Shown: positions 28,906-42,775 of the stretch, in pieces
Layout of the letters: the number at the start of each line of letters is the position of its first letter
Position numbering within the stretch: the stretch's first letter is position 1
DNA from: Salpingoeca rosetta
Lineage: Eukaryota > Protista > Choanoflagellata
Assembly (NCBI GenBank): GCA_033442325.1
Contig: JAWQFM010000033.1
Coordinates: 531,669-595,668, forward strand
Length of the DNA: 64,000 bases
Direction of reading: 5' to 3'
The notes under the pieces: generated by a model
Told to the model about the DNA's origin: nothing
The model's database searches: none
Seen by the model: the letters and a program-made list of their open reading frames with translations, nothing else
Translations under genes and position numbers: made by a program

Positions 28906-30648
28906 CAAGGGAAATGGACGCTTGTTGGGCGGTTGGTTTGTTGGAGGCCACGCTGCACACCCGTCGTGTCTGCATGTGTGTCCTGCTTGGTGTGTCGACG
29001 TGGTTAACGCACTTGCCAGCCACGGCGTTCCCCAGCTCGTGTGCACTCATTATGCTTGGCTGGCACCATCGACATCTTCCTCCCCGAACACGCCCACCCC
29101 GCTTCAAACAAATATGTGTGTACACGCTGCCCACAGGATTGCACAGGCCCGCCGCTCCTCATCCTCGTCCACTGGCTCATCCGTAAGCTGACCTTTTGCA
29201 CGTCGACATGCCACTTGTGCTGCTATTTTGTCAGACGTAGTGGATGCATGACTCAGCCCTGCCCTTCTTTTTGTCCAGCCTCATGCCGTGCTTGTTCTTG
29301 GCCTCTTCTCGGTACTGGCAGAGTGCCAGCAAGGGTGCATTCGCGGGCTTCAAAGGCTTCGGCTCTGCAGCCGTGAAGGGCGTCTCCCAGTTCAAAGGCC
29401 TATCAGGTAAGAATATTGCCTGTCGACAGCGCACCAGCGGAGCGGACAAGCGACCCTGCTCATGACCTTGCTGTAGAGCGCTTGCTCTCTCTCTCTCTCT
29501 TACTGTCTATTCATGCACTTGTTGACTCACTCACTCACTCACTCACTCACTCACTCACACACTCACTCACACACTCACTCACTCACACACACTCACTCAC
29601 TCACTCACACACACACACTCACTCACTCACACACACACACTCACTCACTCACACACACACACACACTCACTCACTCACTCACTCACTCACTCACTCACTC
29701 ACTCACTCACTCACTCACGATTATACACTCCAACCACCGTGCCACTGGCACAGCGAGCCCCGGCAGCTTTGGCGCAGCGCCATCGTCGTCGGCATCGTCG
29801 TCGTCCACCGGCACGCCCAAGACCACACCAGCCTTTGGGGGCGCTGCTTCGTCGACATCGACATCCTCCTCCTCTTCGGCCACTTCGCCGTTCAAGTTTG
29901 GCGGGCCAGCCAAGCCAGTAACAGCAGCAGCAGCAGCAGCAGCAGCAGCGTCATCATCAGGAGACGACAAGGACAAGGGCAAGGAGAAAGACACGGCGGC
30001 AAGCAGTGGACCAACGTTCAAGTTTGGCGCAAAAACGGGCGCTATCACCAGCAGCGGCAGCGGCAGTGGGGGGTTTTCGTTTGGCGGTGCAAAAGCGAAG
30101 CCTGCGAGTGCCAAGTCTGCGTTTGGGCAGGCCGCAAAGGTGTTTGGTGGCGGCAGCAAGAAGACGGGTGGTGACGATGATGACGACAACAAGAAGGAGG
30201 ACGAGGAAGAGGACGAAGAGGAAGGCAGCAACGCTGGTGATGGTGATGAGGATGATGAGGAGACAGGGAGCGATGAGGATGAAGACAACACGGACACAGA
30301 CACGGATGAGGACGACGATGGAGACAACAAGCGGAAGAAGAACAAGTCTGGTGATGACGAGTCGCCTGCGCCCAAATTCACCTTTGGCAAGCCCACGGGG
30401 AAGCTGCCTGGCCTGTCCTCCATTTTTGGTGGCAGCGGCGGCGGCAGCAAGCTCAAGCCCGCACAGGGCGCTGTCTTTGGCAAGGTGGGCACGTTCAAGC
30501 CAACTACAACCACCCCACCAGCACCAGCAGCGACATCAGCAAAGGCGACGGATGGCGATGGTGGCAGTGATCTGACGGACGAGCAGAAGACGAAGATGCA
30601 AGGCCTCAATGACTCGCTCCTCTCCTTTCTCAAGGAGCAGGTGGGGCT

Positions 30649-30684
<36 letters not shown>

Positions 30685-31239
30685 GCGATGTGTGTGTGTG
30701 TGTTGATGTTACATGCTCATCAATGGCGTGTGTGTGTGTGTGTGTGCAGACTGCTGCAAGTGCTGGGGTGCTTGACTTTACGCCGACGCTCCTGAGCTAT
30801 GTCGACCAGGCAAAGACCATCCTCACAGCAGGTGCCGTGCTGGGTGTGTGTGTGTGTGTTTGCGAAAGAAGTGGTGTTGGGAAAGAAGATTGGTGGATGC
30901 AAGAAAGGCACAATGAAGCGTTGGAAGGTACCTCACACGTCATCATCATCACCACCACCACCACCACAGGCAAGGCGACGATGGTAACAGCGCCGTCGTC
31001 GTCTGGTGCTCAGAAGCAGCAGCAGCAGCAATCACAGCAGCAGCCGGAGGAGAAGGAAGAGCTGGAGGAGGGCGTCCTCTACAAGACACGGTGGGAATGG
31101 GAGTGAGACTGGGACTTTGACGTGTGATTGGCTGCTTGGTTTTGCGTTGTGTGTACGTTTGTGTATGTGCGCGCGTGTGTATGTATGTGTGTGTGCATGT
31201 GTGTGTGTATGTTTTGCTTGCAAGCACACGTACTCATGC

Positions 31240-31275
<36 letters not shown>

Positions 31276-32049
31276 GTACAGGGTGAAGCTGCGGTACCAG
31301 CAGAAGGGGGAGGATGGGAAGATTGAGTGGAAGGAAAAGGGCACGGGCACATTGCGGCTGGAGGATGCCGAGGACGGTACCAAGAAGCGCGTCATCATTC
31401 GCGCAGACGGAACAACAGGGTGAGGCCGTGGGTGGTGGTGGTGGTGGAAGGGGTTGGTTGGTGGGTTTGTGATGGCAAGTGACTGGACACAGCGGGGTGC
31501 TGTAGCTGACTTGAGCTGCATGCTTTGCGTTGTCTTGCGTTGTGGGTTGGTTTGCACTCACGTTCACGCTCACGCTGGGTTTGCTGTGGTGTGGTGCAGG
31601 CTGATTCTGCTGAACGTGTATCTCGCATCCCAGACGCCGGTCAACCGAACCGGCAAACGCGAGGTGGGTGGATGTGTGTTTTGTGTGTTTCATGTGTGTT
31701 TCATGTGTGTGTGTGTGTGTAAGTGAATGATTATTTTGTGTCTGTGTCCATCTGATGATGCATTTGTGTTGCATACTTGCGACCGTGTAACCTTTTTACA
31801 CACACACACACACACGCACACACGCACACACACACACACACACGCACACACACACACACGCTTATACGCGCAGGTGATGACGAGCATGGTGCCGAACCCG
31901 CCCCTCAACCCAAAGAAGCCGGAGGACAAGGTGCAGTATTTGGTCGCCGTGCAACTGGCGAGGGATGATGATTCTGCCTTCGTGTGTTGTGCGTCCTCAC
32001 CTTCCCACCGAGACAGTGCTTGTAGCAAAACTCACATTTTACCACCACT

Positions 32050-32126
<77 letters not shown>

Positions 32127-32215
32127 AGCCCGTGGTGTTTATGATCAGCTGCAAGACGCCTGCGTTTGCGGATGAGCTGGCCGCCAAGATGAAGGAGGCA
32201 AAGGAGGCGTGCTGA
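28713..32215 (+). CDS. NUP50: Nucleoporin Nup50/Nup2 (importin-alpha-binding N-terminus, FxFG repeats, C-terminal Ran-binding domain)
   Basis: The N-terminus MSAKRRPDKQITADDPDDD...PFLRASKDVVSQRRIAQARR is Nup50-like. FKFG/FSFG/FTFG repeats lie in 29750-30640, followed by LNDSLLSFLKEQ...LDFTPTLLSY. RanBD exons: LYKTRVKLRY...EWKEKGTGTLRL...RVIIRADGTTGLILLNVYL. TGA at 32213-32215. Confidence 0.88.
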
Positions 32216-32295
32216 GCGTAACAAACCGAAAAGAGAGAGGGTGTGGCGTGACAGTTCACGTCGCCTTCACTCCCCTTAGGACCCTTCCTTCGCGC

Positions 32296-32326
<31 letters not shown>

Positions 32327-32684
32327 TGTGTTTGCGTGTATTTGTGTTTGCGTGTATTTGTGTCTGTGTCTATGTGTGTGTGTGTGTGTGTGTCTCTGTG
32401 CTCTGTCTTTCGTGTTTGCGTGTGTCTCTGGTGCGCTGAGTCAAACATTGTGGGCAGTAAACGTGTTGTCCAGTGCATTCGAACTGAGGAGAAGTTGGTT
32501 TGTATTGGTTGGCGGAGGCGGTGGTTCGCAACGGAAAAAGGGAATGGCAGGGGAGAGGAAGCCAGGCAGGGGGTGGTCAGGTAGGAGAGGTCAAACAGAG
32601 ACTGGGGGAATTGAAAGGAGGCGTCAAGGGGGCATAACTGTAAAGCGGGACTGAAAAGGAGGGGGGTAACACAGCACAATGCAC

Positions 32685-33149
32685 TCAAGAGGAAGTTGCT
32701 TGACTTTTCAGGTTGGCGCACCTCTCCTTTGCAGCATCAAGTTGTTGTCGGGCTTTGTCCCTCGCGTCACGAGCAGCTTTCACCATCTTCGTCATTTCTG
32801 GTGATTCGTCGGCCTTGAAGTCAGCAACGAACAAGCGCAACAAGTTGCAAGCATGATCGTATCCTCTTTGGGCAAGTCGAACATGCTTTTCAGCCTCTTT
32901 GAGGTAATCGGCGTGGGACCACATCATTGACCGCCAGACGTTGCGGGAGAGCACTTTGACTTCGCTGATGGCGACTCCCACAAGACAAAAAGCGTTCATG
33001 ACGAGGTCAAACGCGGCTTTCACAGTAGCCATCGCTTTCTTCGCGCCATCCACCAAGACATCCCAAACGGTTTCAAACCTGGCGATAACGCGGTCCATCT
33101 CCGCTTCTGTCATGTCGAGAACCGACATACTGCCGCCGCATTCAGCCAA
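32685..33149 (-). CDS. Hypothetical alpha-helical/coiled-coil protein (single long exon; true start uncertain)
   Basis: 154-codon ORF of normal complexity (…MTEAEMDRVIARFETVWDVLVDGAKKAMATVKAAF…AARDARDKARQQLDAAKERCANLK) in a microsatellite-free stretch; no recognised family. Confidence 0.5.
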   Translation of the reverse strand: MAECGGSMSVLDMTEAEMDRVIARFETVWDVLVDGAKKAMATVKAAFDLVMNAFCLVGVAISEVKVLSRNVWRSMMWSHADYLKEAEKHVRLAQRGYDHACNLLRLFVADFKADESPEMTKMVKAARDARDKARQQLDAAKERCANLKSQATSS

Positions 33150-33685
33150 CGTCAGTGAAAAGGGGGAGGTACGGATATGTGGATGTCAAGGTAGAACGGC
33201 CACAGCGAGTGTGCAAAATAAGCACAAGCAGCGCCTGATCAGGTAAGGAAAGAGAAAGACACTCAGCAACCGGGATGCAGCGGAGTTGGGGTTGTTTCCT
33301 TTCGGATGTGTCTTCATGACTCAGCGTCAACCAATCAACAAGTGTACCACACACGGGAGCAGGGGAGCAGGCCCATTGCTCGCTGCGTCCATGGCGTGAC
33401 AGCCACCGCACAGTCACAGCTGACGCAGTCGAAGTTGATCATGACCACGGAGACAGTGCCGATTGTGTCGTTGTGTTACACATTCTGTTTACGTTAGCCT
33501 GACACATGCTGGCAGATGTTGTTGTGGTGTGAATGTGAAACACAACACAACAAAGACGCGCCACCACCACCATGCCACTCTTTGTCCCTCCTGCGACAAC
33601 ACAAATTGCATTCGTTGCCTGCACGCACACACAAACGACAGACCAAGCACTCAGCCAGCCAGCCAGCCAACAGCGAAGCAAGCAG

Positions 33686-34759
33686 ATGGTTGGTTTCTTG
33701 GTTTGTTTGTGTGTGCGCTGCACCACCACCACCACCCGTCCCTCCCTTCAGCACCTGCCTGGTGTCCGCCTCCCCGCCCATACAGTCCTTCCATCATTCT
33801 CTCACATCATCCTATGTTTGTGTTGGATCTCTTCAGGGCGCCTCATCCAGCAAGGGCGGCGTGCCCGTCGTTTGGGGCGCCACCACCCACCGCGGCAAGA
33901 AGGTCAGCAGTGGAGATCGTGTGGTGTTGACGTGTGTGCTGTGTGATGTGATGTGATCGTGTCTCTTCTTCTTTGTGATCGTTTGCTTGTGATTCTTGTT
34001 GTGATGTGTGTGGTGCCGTTCGATCCTGCATCCTTCTCACTGACACCATGCCACTGCGATGACCCTTGTTTGGGCACTTCCAGGAAGGAAAGCAGAAGAA
34101 GGTGCGGCGTGATCAATGCGTGTGTGCATAATCGTGATCGTGTGTGTGATCGTGATCGTGTGTGTGTGTGTGTGTGTGTGTGTGTTTCTATTCAACGTTC
34201 ACTCCAACGCTTGCGCACTCCAACGCACACACGTTCACTCCAACGCTTGCACACTCCAACGCACACATGCACACACTCTCTAACGCAAACCTTTTTCCTT
34301 TCTCACATTGGCAGGAGTACACTGAGGATCAGCTGAAGAAGCTGAACGTGTACCTGCAGCAGCAAATCGTCCAGCTGCGCGCCCACATGAAGCAGCTGCG
34401 CGAGTCTGAGACGGGCTGGCAGGAAGAGTTTGGCATCATCTCCAAGGTGTGTGCTGTTCGTCCCTGTGATCGATCAGCCTTGCTAGCAGGTCGTTGCGTC
34501 ACGTTTCCCTCACACCGCTCTGCGTTTCACTGTCCATCAAACACGTTGCGCCGATGCACAGGTTGGCCTTGGCACGCGGGCGTCTGCATCTGCGGCCTTG
34601 GAGAACACCACCAAGAACCGCTACAGGAACATTGTCGCATACGATCATTCGCGCGTCAAGATCACCCCAGCAAAGTATGCCTGTGTGTGATGTGTGTGTG
34701 TGTGTGCGTGCGTGCGTGCGTGTGTGTGTGTGATTGTGTGTGTGTGTGTGCGTTCGTGC

Positions 34760-34803
<44 letters not shown>

Positions 34804-35399
34804 TGTGGTGCTATGCATGCGTGCTATGCGTGCGTGCTATGCATGTGTGTGGATGCATCTGTGCTATGCATGCGTGTGTGTCTGTGGTATGTGGATGCAT
34901 GTGTGTGGATGCATGCGTGGGTGCGTGTGCGCGCATTTGTGTATTTCTGTGCAATGTGCTGGCGCAAACGCGAGAACGTCACCTACCACCACGTTTTTCA
35001 AAACGTCATACAACTTCTTGTCATGCGTGTTGCTGTCGTCCACACTGCCAGGCACAACTTTCACAACGACTATGTGAATGCCAACTTTGTCGACGGCTAT
35101 TACAAGAAGAACGCCTACATTGCCTCGCAAGGCCCAGTGCCTGACGCCTTTCCAAAGTATGCGCAATGTCGTCTTGCTTGTGTGCTCGTGCATGCTTGCA
35201 TGATTGCTTTTCACACTCGCTCATTTGATTCACCCTGTTCTTCAACCCCCCCCCCCCGCCAACACCACAACAGCTTTTGGCAGATGGTGTGGGAGCAAGA
35301 CGTGAACATGATTGTGATGGTTGCCAGTGAGGTGGAGGCAGGCCGTCTCAAGTGCCACCGCTACTGGCCAGAACTCAACCAGACCGTGAGTTTGTGATG

Positions 35400-35447
<48 letters not shown>

Positions 35448-38400
35448 TGTGTGTGGGTGTGTGTGCGTGTGGGTGTGGGTGTGGGTGTGGGTGTGGGTGT
35501 GGGTGTGGGTGTGGGTGTGTGTGGTTGTGGGTGTGGATGTATGAGTGCGTGGGTGTATGGGTGCGTGTGTGTGTTTGCGTGCGTATCGTGTCATGTGGGT
35601 GCATGTGCTTATGTGGGTGCATTTGTTGCGTGATCGTGTGCATGGCATAAGTGTACATGTGTGTGCGGTTTGCGTGATCGTGTGCTTGTCATCTGTGTGT
35701 CTGTGTGTGTGTACTTGTCATCTATGTGTGTGTCTCAGCCAACTCAATATCAAGCAATCCTTGCTGTAGGCGGATTCATCGCTTAATTCACGTGCATGTA
35801 ACCCTGGTCACAGGCGACGTACGGCGTGTTTGAGGTGACGACAATCAAGGAGCAGGCCACGCGCAACAACATCCACCGCACATTCCGTCTCAAGAATCTC
35901 GAGACAGAGCAGGTGTGTGCTGTTTTGCTTGCGAGCTTGTGGCTCTTTGCACTTTTGCATGTGTGCTTTGCTGCTTGTGGCCTTGTGGCTTCTTTGTGTT
36001 TGTGCGTGTGACGCCTTTGGGTGCTTTATGGGGATGCTTTGGCACACGGTTGCATGCAAGCAAGACACGACTTCACACGTGTTCTGTTCTTCATCTGCAG
36101 CATGACCGAGTGGAGCATCTGCAATTCATTCTCTGGCCAGGTGCGTCGTGTGAAATAAGAGCTGGTGGAAGCTTGCATACTGAGGGACAGCTGTGATTGA
36201 TTGATGCACATTCCTCACCCTGCTGTTTGTTGGCGTTGTCGACGTCTCGCTCCAGACCACGGTGTTCCAAATACATCCGGTGAAATCCTCGCGTTCAGGT
36301 ACACCAACAAACATGCACACGTACACTGCACCCAACGCTTACATGGATGGGCATAGGACACACTCCTGCTACATTCTTATGCTGTGCTGTGCCTCCCACG
36401 TATCGACGCCACATACACACATCCACACACATGCACATGCACACACATACACACATGCACATGCATATTGCACACACACACACACATGCACATGCATGTT
36501 GCACACATGTCCCGCGTGTCGAAATGTTTCCAGGGAGGACGTATACCGGCTTCACGATCCGAACACACCGCTCATTGTGCATTGCAGTGCTGGCGTTGGG
36601 CGCACGGGCACGTACATTGCCATCGACAGGTGCGCATATAACGTTGGGAGGGGTAAATTTGTCAAATGTTGTTGCTCACATACACACACACACACAAAAC
36701 ACAACACACAACACAACACACACACACAACACACACACACACACAACACACACACACACACAACACAACACACACACAACACACACACACACACAACACA
36801 CACACACACACAACACACACACACACACAAAACACAACACACACACAACACACACAAAATACAACACACAACATACACACGCACAACACACACACATACA
36901 CACGCACAACACACAACACACACACACACTCCCTCCCATCCACACTGCCACACAGGCTTATCTGTGCTGCTGAGAGTTTGGCGCCAACGCTGAGTGTGGT
37001 TGACATCGTGAGCGATTTGCGGCGCACACGAAACTTCATGGTGCAGACAGTGGTGCGTCAACCGTTTCCTGTTTGATTGGCATTCAGGGAGGCGTGTGCC
37101 GCATGGGTTGTGCTGTGCTGTGCTGTGCGACCCATCGCGAGTGCATCCTTGTCGTCACATCAGCTTGCATATGTGCGCATGTGCTCATGTGCAACTCCCC
37201 CCTCCCTTCTCGCATGCACACACGTGTACACCCACTCAAAATGACGTCAGATCCAGTATGGGTTCGTGTACTTGAGCCTTCACGAGGCGCTTGTGAAAGG
37301 ACACAAGCAAGTCCAGCTGGTGAGAGAAGTCCCTTGTCACGTTTGTCTGCATGATCCGCGAACAAGCACACTTTACACGGCTCACACAACAACAACTCTA
37401 CAACTCATGCACTCCCACACGCACCCACATACACACATGTGACATGATCATCATCCTCCATCAACACTGTAGGGTCTGGCCAAGCTGGATCAGCTCACGC
37501 GAGAACAAATGCAGGGCGAACTCGATGAAATCACAGGTGCACTGCTCAATTGTGTGTGTGTGCATACTGTTGTGGTTGCCGAGGTGCCTTTGCCTTCATG
37601 CTTTGTTTGCGCAACCCTCGCCACCTGCTCACTCTGTAAATCGCGTCATCACACCGTGGTTCGTTCTATAACTGCTTCGACAGAGGACATTGACGAAGTG
37701 CTTGAGGAGGTGCAGGCGTACGGCAACGATCGCGTGACCCAGCAAGTGTCTGAGCTGCGTCAACGAACAGAGGTGCGCAGTTTTTTCCATTGCTTGCAAG
37801 CATCGGTCGCAATACAGGAGCAGGATGTGCGCTGGCTGTGAGTGGCGACAGCGAGAGCTCATGCGCGCACGCACGCACGACAGACAGTGTGTCCACATAT
37901 CTGCATGTATGCACAAGCGCCCCTATCATCTCAGCCAACGTCTTTGCTTGCATGCTCGCTTGCCTGCATGCATCTGTTGCACATAGGGCGGAAGAGCGGA
38001 CGAGTCCCGCGTGTCTGTCGTGAAACGCATGGAGGCCTTTATGAGCGCCGCCAAGGAGCCAACACGTACGTTCTGCACGTGCATGTTGGTTGGAGTAGCG
38101 GAGGGAAGCTCTATTTGACGTATTGGCACACAACGAACATACAGTACACGTCACCAATGTACACAACACCAACACACACGCATTCTCTGTCTCTGTCTTT
38201 CTCTCTGTCTCTATCACACACACACAATCACGCACACACAATCACACACAATCACACACACACACACAATCACACACACACACACACACACAATCACACA
38301 CACACAATCACACACAATCACACACACACACAATCACACACACACACACACACATCAACACTAGCCGTCTTGCCTAAACACAAACCATTTCCCTACACGC

Positions 38401-39508
38401 ACGGCAGCGAGGGCGCGGACGGCGCCTGCTGTTGACGCCGACTGGGAGGGGCTGCAGTCACGCATCAAGACGCTTGCCGACCAGGCAGCGGATGCCTTCC
38501 AGCAGCAGTACCGCTCAGCAGAGTCCGCGTGGCAGCAGGAAGGCGAGTACAGCGTAGGTACAGAGCTGACACCGATTGAGTCGCGTGTTGCTGCATTCAC
38601 GTCGCAGGAAGAGGCGTGGAAGATCAGAGGCCCAGAGTTTCGAAAACAGATTGAGGACGACAGTTTGCGGGAGCTGGCATCCCTACAGGCGCGCGTGGAG
38701 GTGAGGTCACGCGACGTTGTATGCGCAAATCCTTGCGTATGTTTGCGTATGTTTGCGTGCGTTTGCGTACGTTTGCATGTGTTTGCGTGCGTTTGCGTGG
38801 TTCCGAACACCGCTTGTATCTTCGAGGTCCAACAAATCTTCTGCTCTTCAAAACACCTTCCACCCTGATTGTTCTTCACCACTCCCCCCTCCCCTTGCAC
38901 TCTTCATCTCTTCATGTGACACTCCATCGTACCCAGAACTTCAACGATGCCTTGCGTGACGCCGAGCACAAATTTCTCAAACGCCGCCAGTCATCGCAGG
39001 CGCAGCTGCAGTCTGACTTCGACGGTGCGTACAAGCAAAAAACCAGTGTGGGATCGGTGCGATTTTGCCTGCAAGCAAACAATGCTGTGTTGGCACGTTA
39101 ACGCTCACGCACACACGCTCACGCACACACGCACGCACACACACACACACACGCACACACACACACAACTACACACACGCACACACGCACATACACATGT
39201 TCACACGCATGCTTGCATTGCATCCTGTGCTCACGACAACAGATATGCAAACGACGAGCCTGGTGGATCGCATGATGGCGTTGGCAACGCCAAATGCAAA
39301 GGGCAGTTCGTTTGGACGTGTGCTGGCGAAGCCAATTAGCTCGTCTCGCATCCAGGTCAGGCGCACGCGAAGAGAAAGGAGGGGGGGGGCGGCGATGTGT
39401 GCGCAGGAGAAGAATGGCGATTGTGGCAAGGAAATCTTGTGTGTGTGTGTGTTTGTTTGTGTGTTTGTTTTGTTTGTGAGTGTATGAGATGTTGGCGTAG
39501 ACGTTTAT

Positions 39509-39542
<34 letters not shown>

Positions 39543-39981
39543 CACTTACACTTACACTTACACGCACACGCACACTTACACTTACACTTACACGCACACG
39601 CACACACACACGCACACACACACACACACATTGCAGAAGGGGCAGGCGCGCAGCCGGCACTCAAGTACAAGCAGCAGCCCGCGGATGCTGAGCCTTAACG
39701 GGTCGTGCTCCAGCCTCGTTGGAAGCGGCAGCGGCACACCGCGGTCGGGCCGGCGATCAACAAGTGGCGGTGGTCTTGGCAGTCACGGCAGCTCGCACGA
39801 ACAGCTTCCGCCGACAGACGAAAAGAGGGCGATGGCAACGCCGCCGCGCGCACACGGTGGGGTCACCGATATGGCGTGGCGTGAGCTTTCCATATGCTGT
39901 TGTTGAGTTCGTGTTTGAGTGTTTCATGGCTTGCTTTGCTCTTGGCGTGCCCCACCAACCCGGCCCACGCTCATGCTCTCT

Positions 39982-40045
<64 letters not shown>

Positions 40046-40348
40046 TGCTGCTGATTCGTGTGATTGTGAAGGGGAGGTTGTTGAAACAACAGAACCAGAG
40101 GCCTTTTTTGCACTGCGGGCATCGGCACCAAAGCAGGAAGCAGTGCACCCCATGGTTGGTGTGTGCTTGTGTGTATGTGTGTTTGTGTGTGTGCGTGTGT
40201 ATGTGAGTGTTGAGCAGCAGTTTCTGTCTTTGCTTGTGAATAGCACCCTTTGTCCATATCTGTGGATGGCCGTCAATGGTGTTGTTGATGTTGCTGCTAT
40301 GGAAACGAGCATGCACATCATGTCATGGGTCACCACATGTTCCCGACG

Positions 40349-40388
<40 letters not shown>

Positions 40389-40580
40389 CAGGTTGCACAA
40401 ATGGCGCGAACTCGCTCCGACGACCACGTGAAGGCGAAGAACAAGAAGCAGCAGAAGAAGAAGCTGTCGAAGAAGTGGCGGTTCAGCAGGAAGGCAAGCA
40501 AAGGCTCCAAGCAGCTGGACCAGCCGCAGGATGAGCAGGAGGAGGAGCATGAGGCGGGAGATGGACACGGCAAGGAGTGA
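33686..40580 (+). CDS. Non-receptor classical protein tyrosine phosphatase with a C-terminal coiled-coil and basic tail
   Basis: All core PTP motifs occur across exons: KNRYRNIVAYDHSRV (~34613), DYVNANFVDGY...YIASQGP (~35068-35140), FWQMVWEQ...KCHRYWP, WP-DHGVP (36133/36256), VHCSAGVGRTG (~36578-36610) and RNFMVQT-IQYGFVY. No transmembrane segment seen. Ends ...KKKLSKKWRFSRKASK...GHGKE* at 40580. Start exon (MVGFL) is tentative. Confidence 0.92.
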
Positions 40581-41245
40581 TGTGTGTTGAGTGCTGGGAT
40601 GCACGGATGCTTGTGGTTTAGCAAAAGGGATGGATGATGCCCAGTCATCCCATGAACATGTTTGGAGCATTGGTGTTTGCACAATCAGGCAGCATCGTTG
40701 CTGCACTGAAAGGCCCTCTTCGAGGAGTGCATGCAAGCATCTTCCCTCACGTTATTCCCTCCGGTGTTGTTCTTGATTCTCGCTTGTTCTCCTTCTGCTT
40801 CGTGCCTTCAACCACTCAAACCCGCTACACCAGGCTTTCCCCTTCCCGTTGTCCCTCTTCTCCTCTCTCTGTTGTGTTCACTTTGTCGTGCTAGGAGTTT
40901 GTTTGTTTGTTGAGCTTGCTCTCACAGTCTGCTAGAGTGCTAGTTGGTCACATCAAGACATCACATCACATCACGTCACCCTGTCACCTGACACAGTTCT
41001 CTCCTCAAGTCCCCAAGTTCTCCTTTCCTTCTTCTTCTGCTTCGCCCTCTTCCTCTTTCCTCCCGCGTTACAAACAAGCAACTGCTTGCCGCTCACTCCC
41101 TGTTGCCCTTTGCTTTTTGAGCTCGACTGCTCGAGGGTGCAGCTTGGCACATCCTCGCCTCTTGCTGCTCGTAGCGTTGCTCGTAGCCGTCTTACAAGCT
41201 TAAGCTTACAAGAGCCTTTCAACAGCGTCCAACTGTAGAACTGTG

Positions 41246-41324
<79 letters not shown>

Positions 41325-41474
41325 TGTGTGTGTGGGTGGGTGGGTGTGTGTGTGTGTGTGTGTTTTGGTCGTGGTGGAAGGGTGGGGCAAGTCTTCTTTG
41401 CTCTCTGCTTGTTGCACGGAAAAGAGACAAAAAGAAAAAAAGGCGGACACAACACACGCGCAACGACACTGGTG

Positions 41475-41669
41475 ATGATGGCTGACAACAGCAAGGGCAA
41501 ACAGGTGGCGGTGGGCGATGATCTTGGTAGTGGCGGTGGTGACGGTGATGATATGGCTGCCCTTGTGCAAGCAACAAAGCCCGAGCTGCCACAGCTACCA
41601 CGGAGTTTGCTCATGGCAACATGCGCTGCCGGCACGGAGCGTGCCGTCATCCACGAACTCATGACCAAG
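41475..41669 (+). pseudogene. Isolated first exon whose 3' end resembles the start of the Spt5 NGN domain; possible 5' exon of a chimeric gene
   Basis: MMADNSKGK...PQLPRSLLMATCAAGTERAVIHELMTK|GT resembles, from recall, Spt5 NGN ([22 protein letters not shown]). No further Spt5 exons follow. Confidence 0.4.
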
Positions 41670-41889
41670 GTGTGTGTGTTCGTATGTGTGCATAGGTGCA
41701 TGTGTGCGTGTGCGTGCGTGTATGTATGTGCTTGCATGAGTGCATGTGTGTGTGTGTGCATGTGTGTGCATGTGCATGCACACGTGCTTGTGTAGTAATG
41801 TCGGTCTCGTCCACCCCGTACAATAGCAGCCGATGCCTGAACTGGCACACACATACACACACACTCACACACACACACACACACGCACG

Positions 41890-42056
<167 letters not shown>

Positions 42057-42070
42057 ACACATGCGTGCAG

Positions 42071-42678
42071 CAAGGCTGACGGGCAGCTGACGACTGCCGA
42101 GCGCTTTGCAACAGCCATGACCGCGGGCGGGTGCGGTGGCATAGCCGCACGACCTCGACTTTTCTGTGCAGCAGACCATCTTGGAGCCTGAGGTGGCACT
42201 CAAGCGGTTCGCTTTCATCGGCAACGCCCTTGTTCGCATCATCAGGGAGGAAGGCATTGGCAAGTTGTACTCTGGGCTCGGGCCCAACGTGATTCGCGCC
42301 ATGCTCATGACGGCGGGGCAGCTCGCCTCATATGACACGTTCAAGCAGCTGCTGCTGACAACAACTGGCGGCCTGTTCAAGGACAACCTCGTCACCCACT
42401 TCACGGCGTCGACGCTTGCCGGTGGCGTTGCCACGCTGCTGACACAGCCGGTCGACGTGGTGAAGACGCGCGTGATGGCAGCGACCCCGGGCACATACAG
42501 CAGCGCGCTGCAGTGTGCGGGCATGACGCTCAAGCAGGAAGGACCGCTCGCCTTCTTCAGGGGGATGGTGCCTGCGTTTACGCGTCTGGGCCCACAAACG
42601 ATCCTCACGTTTGTGTTTCTGGAGCAGTTGCGGCGATTGCACTACTACCTCACGCATGGTGATGACAAGCCCGTCTGA
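42071..42678 (+). pseudogene. Mitochondrial dicarboxylate carrier (SLC25A10/DIC-like) 3' fragment, copy 1, with an internal replacement
   Basis: Near-identical to 54826-55444, with carrier motifs EGIGKLYSG, GQLASYD, PVDVVKTRVM and GPLAFF. Bases 42143-42217 replace the segment encoding GTPMDVCNVRMQ...NYKH. Confidence 0.85.
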
Positions 42679-42775
42679 TGGAGGCAAGGGGGGGGGCGTG
42701 GTTGATTGGCGTGGTGATGTGTGTGTGTGTGTGTTTGTGCATGTGTGTGTGTGTGTCGTGCGCGTCGTTGCTTGT

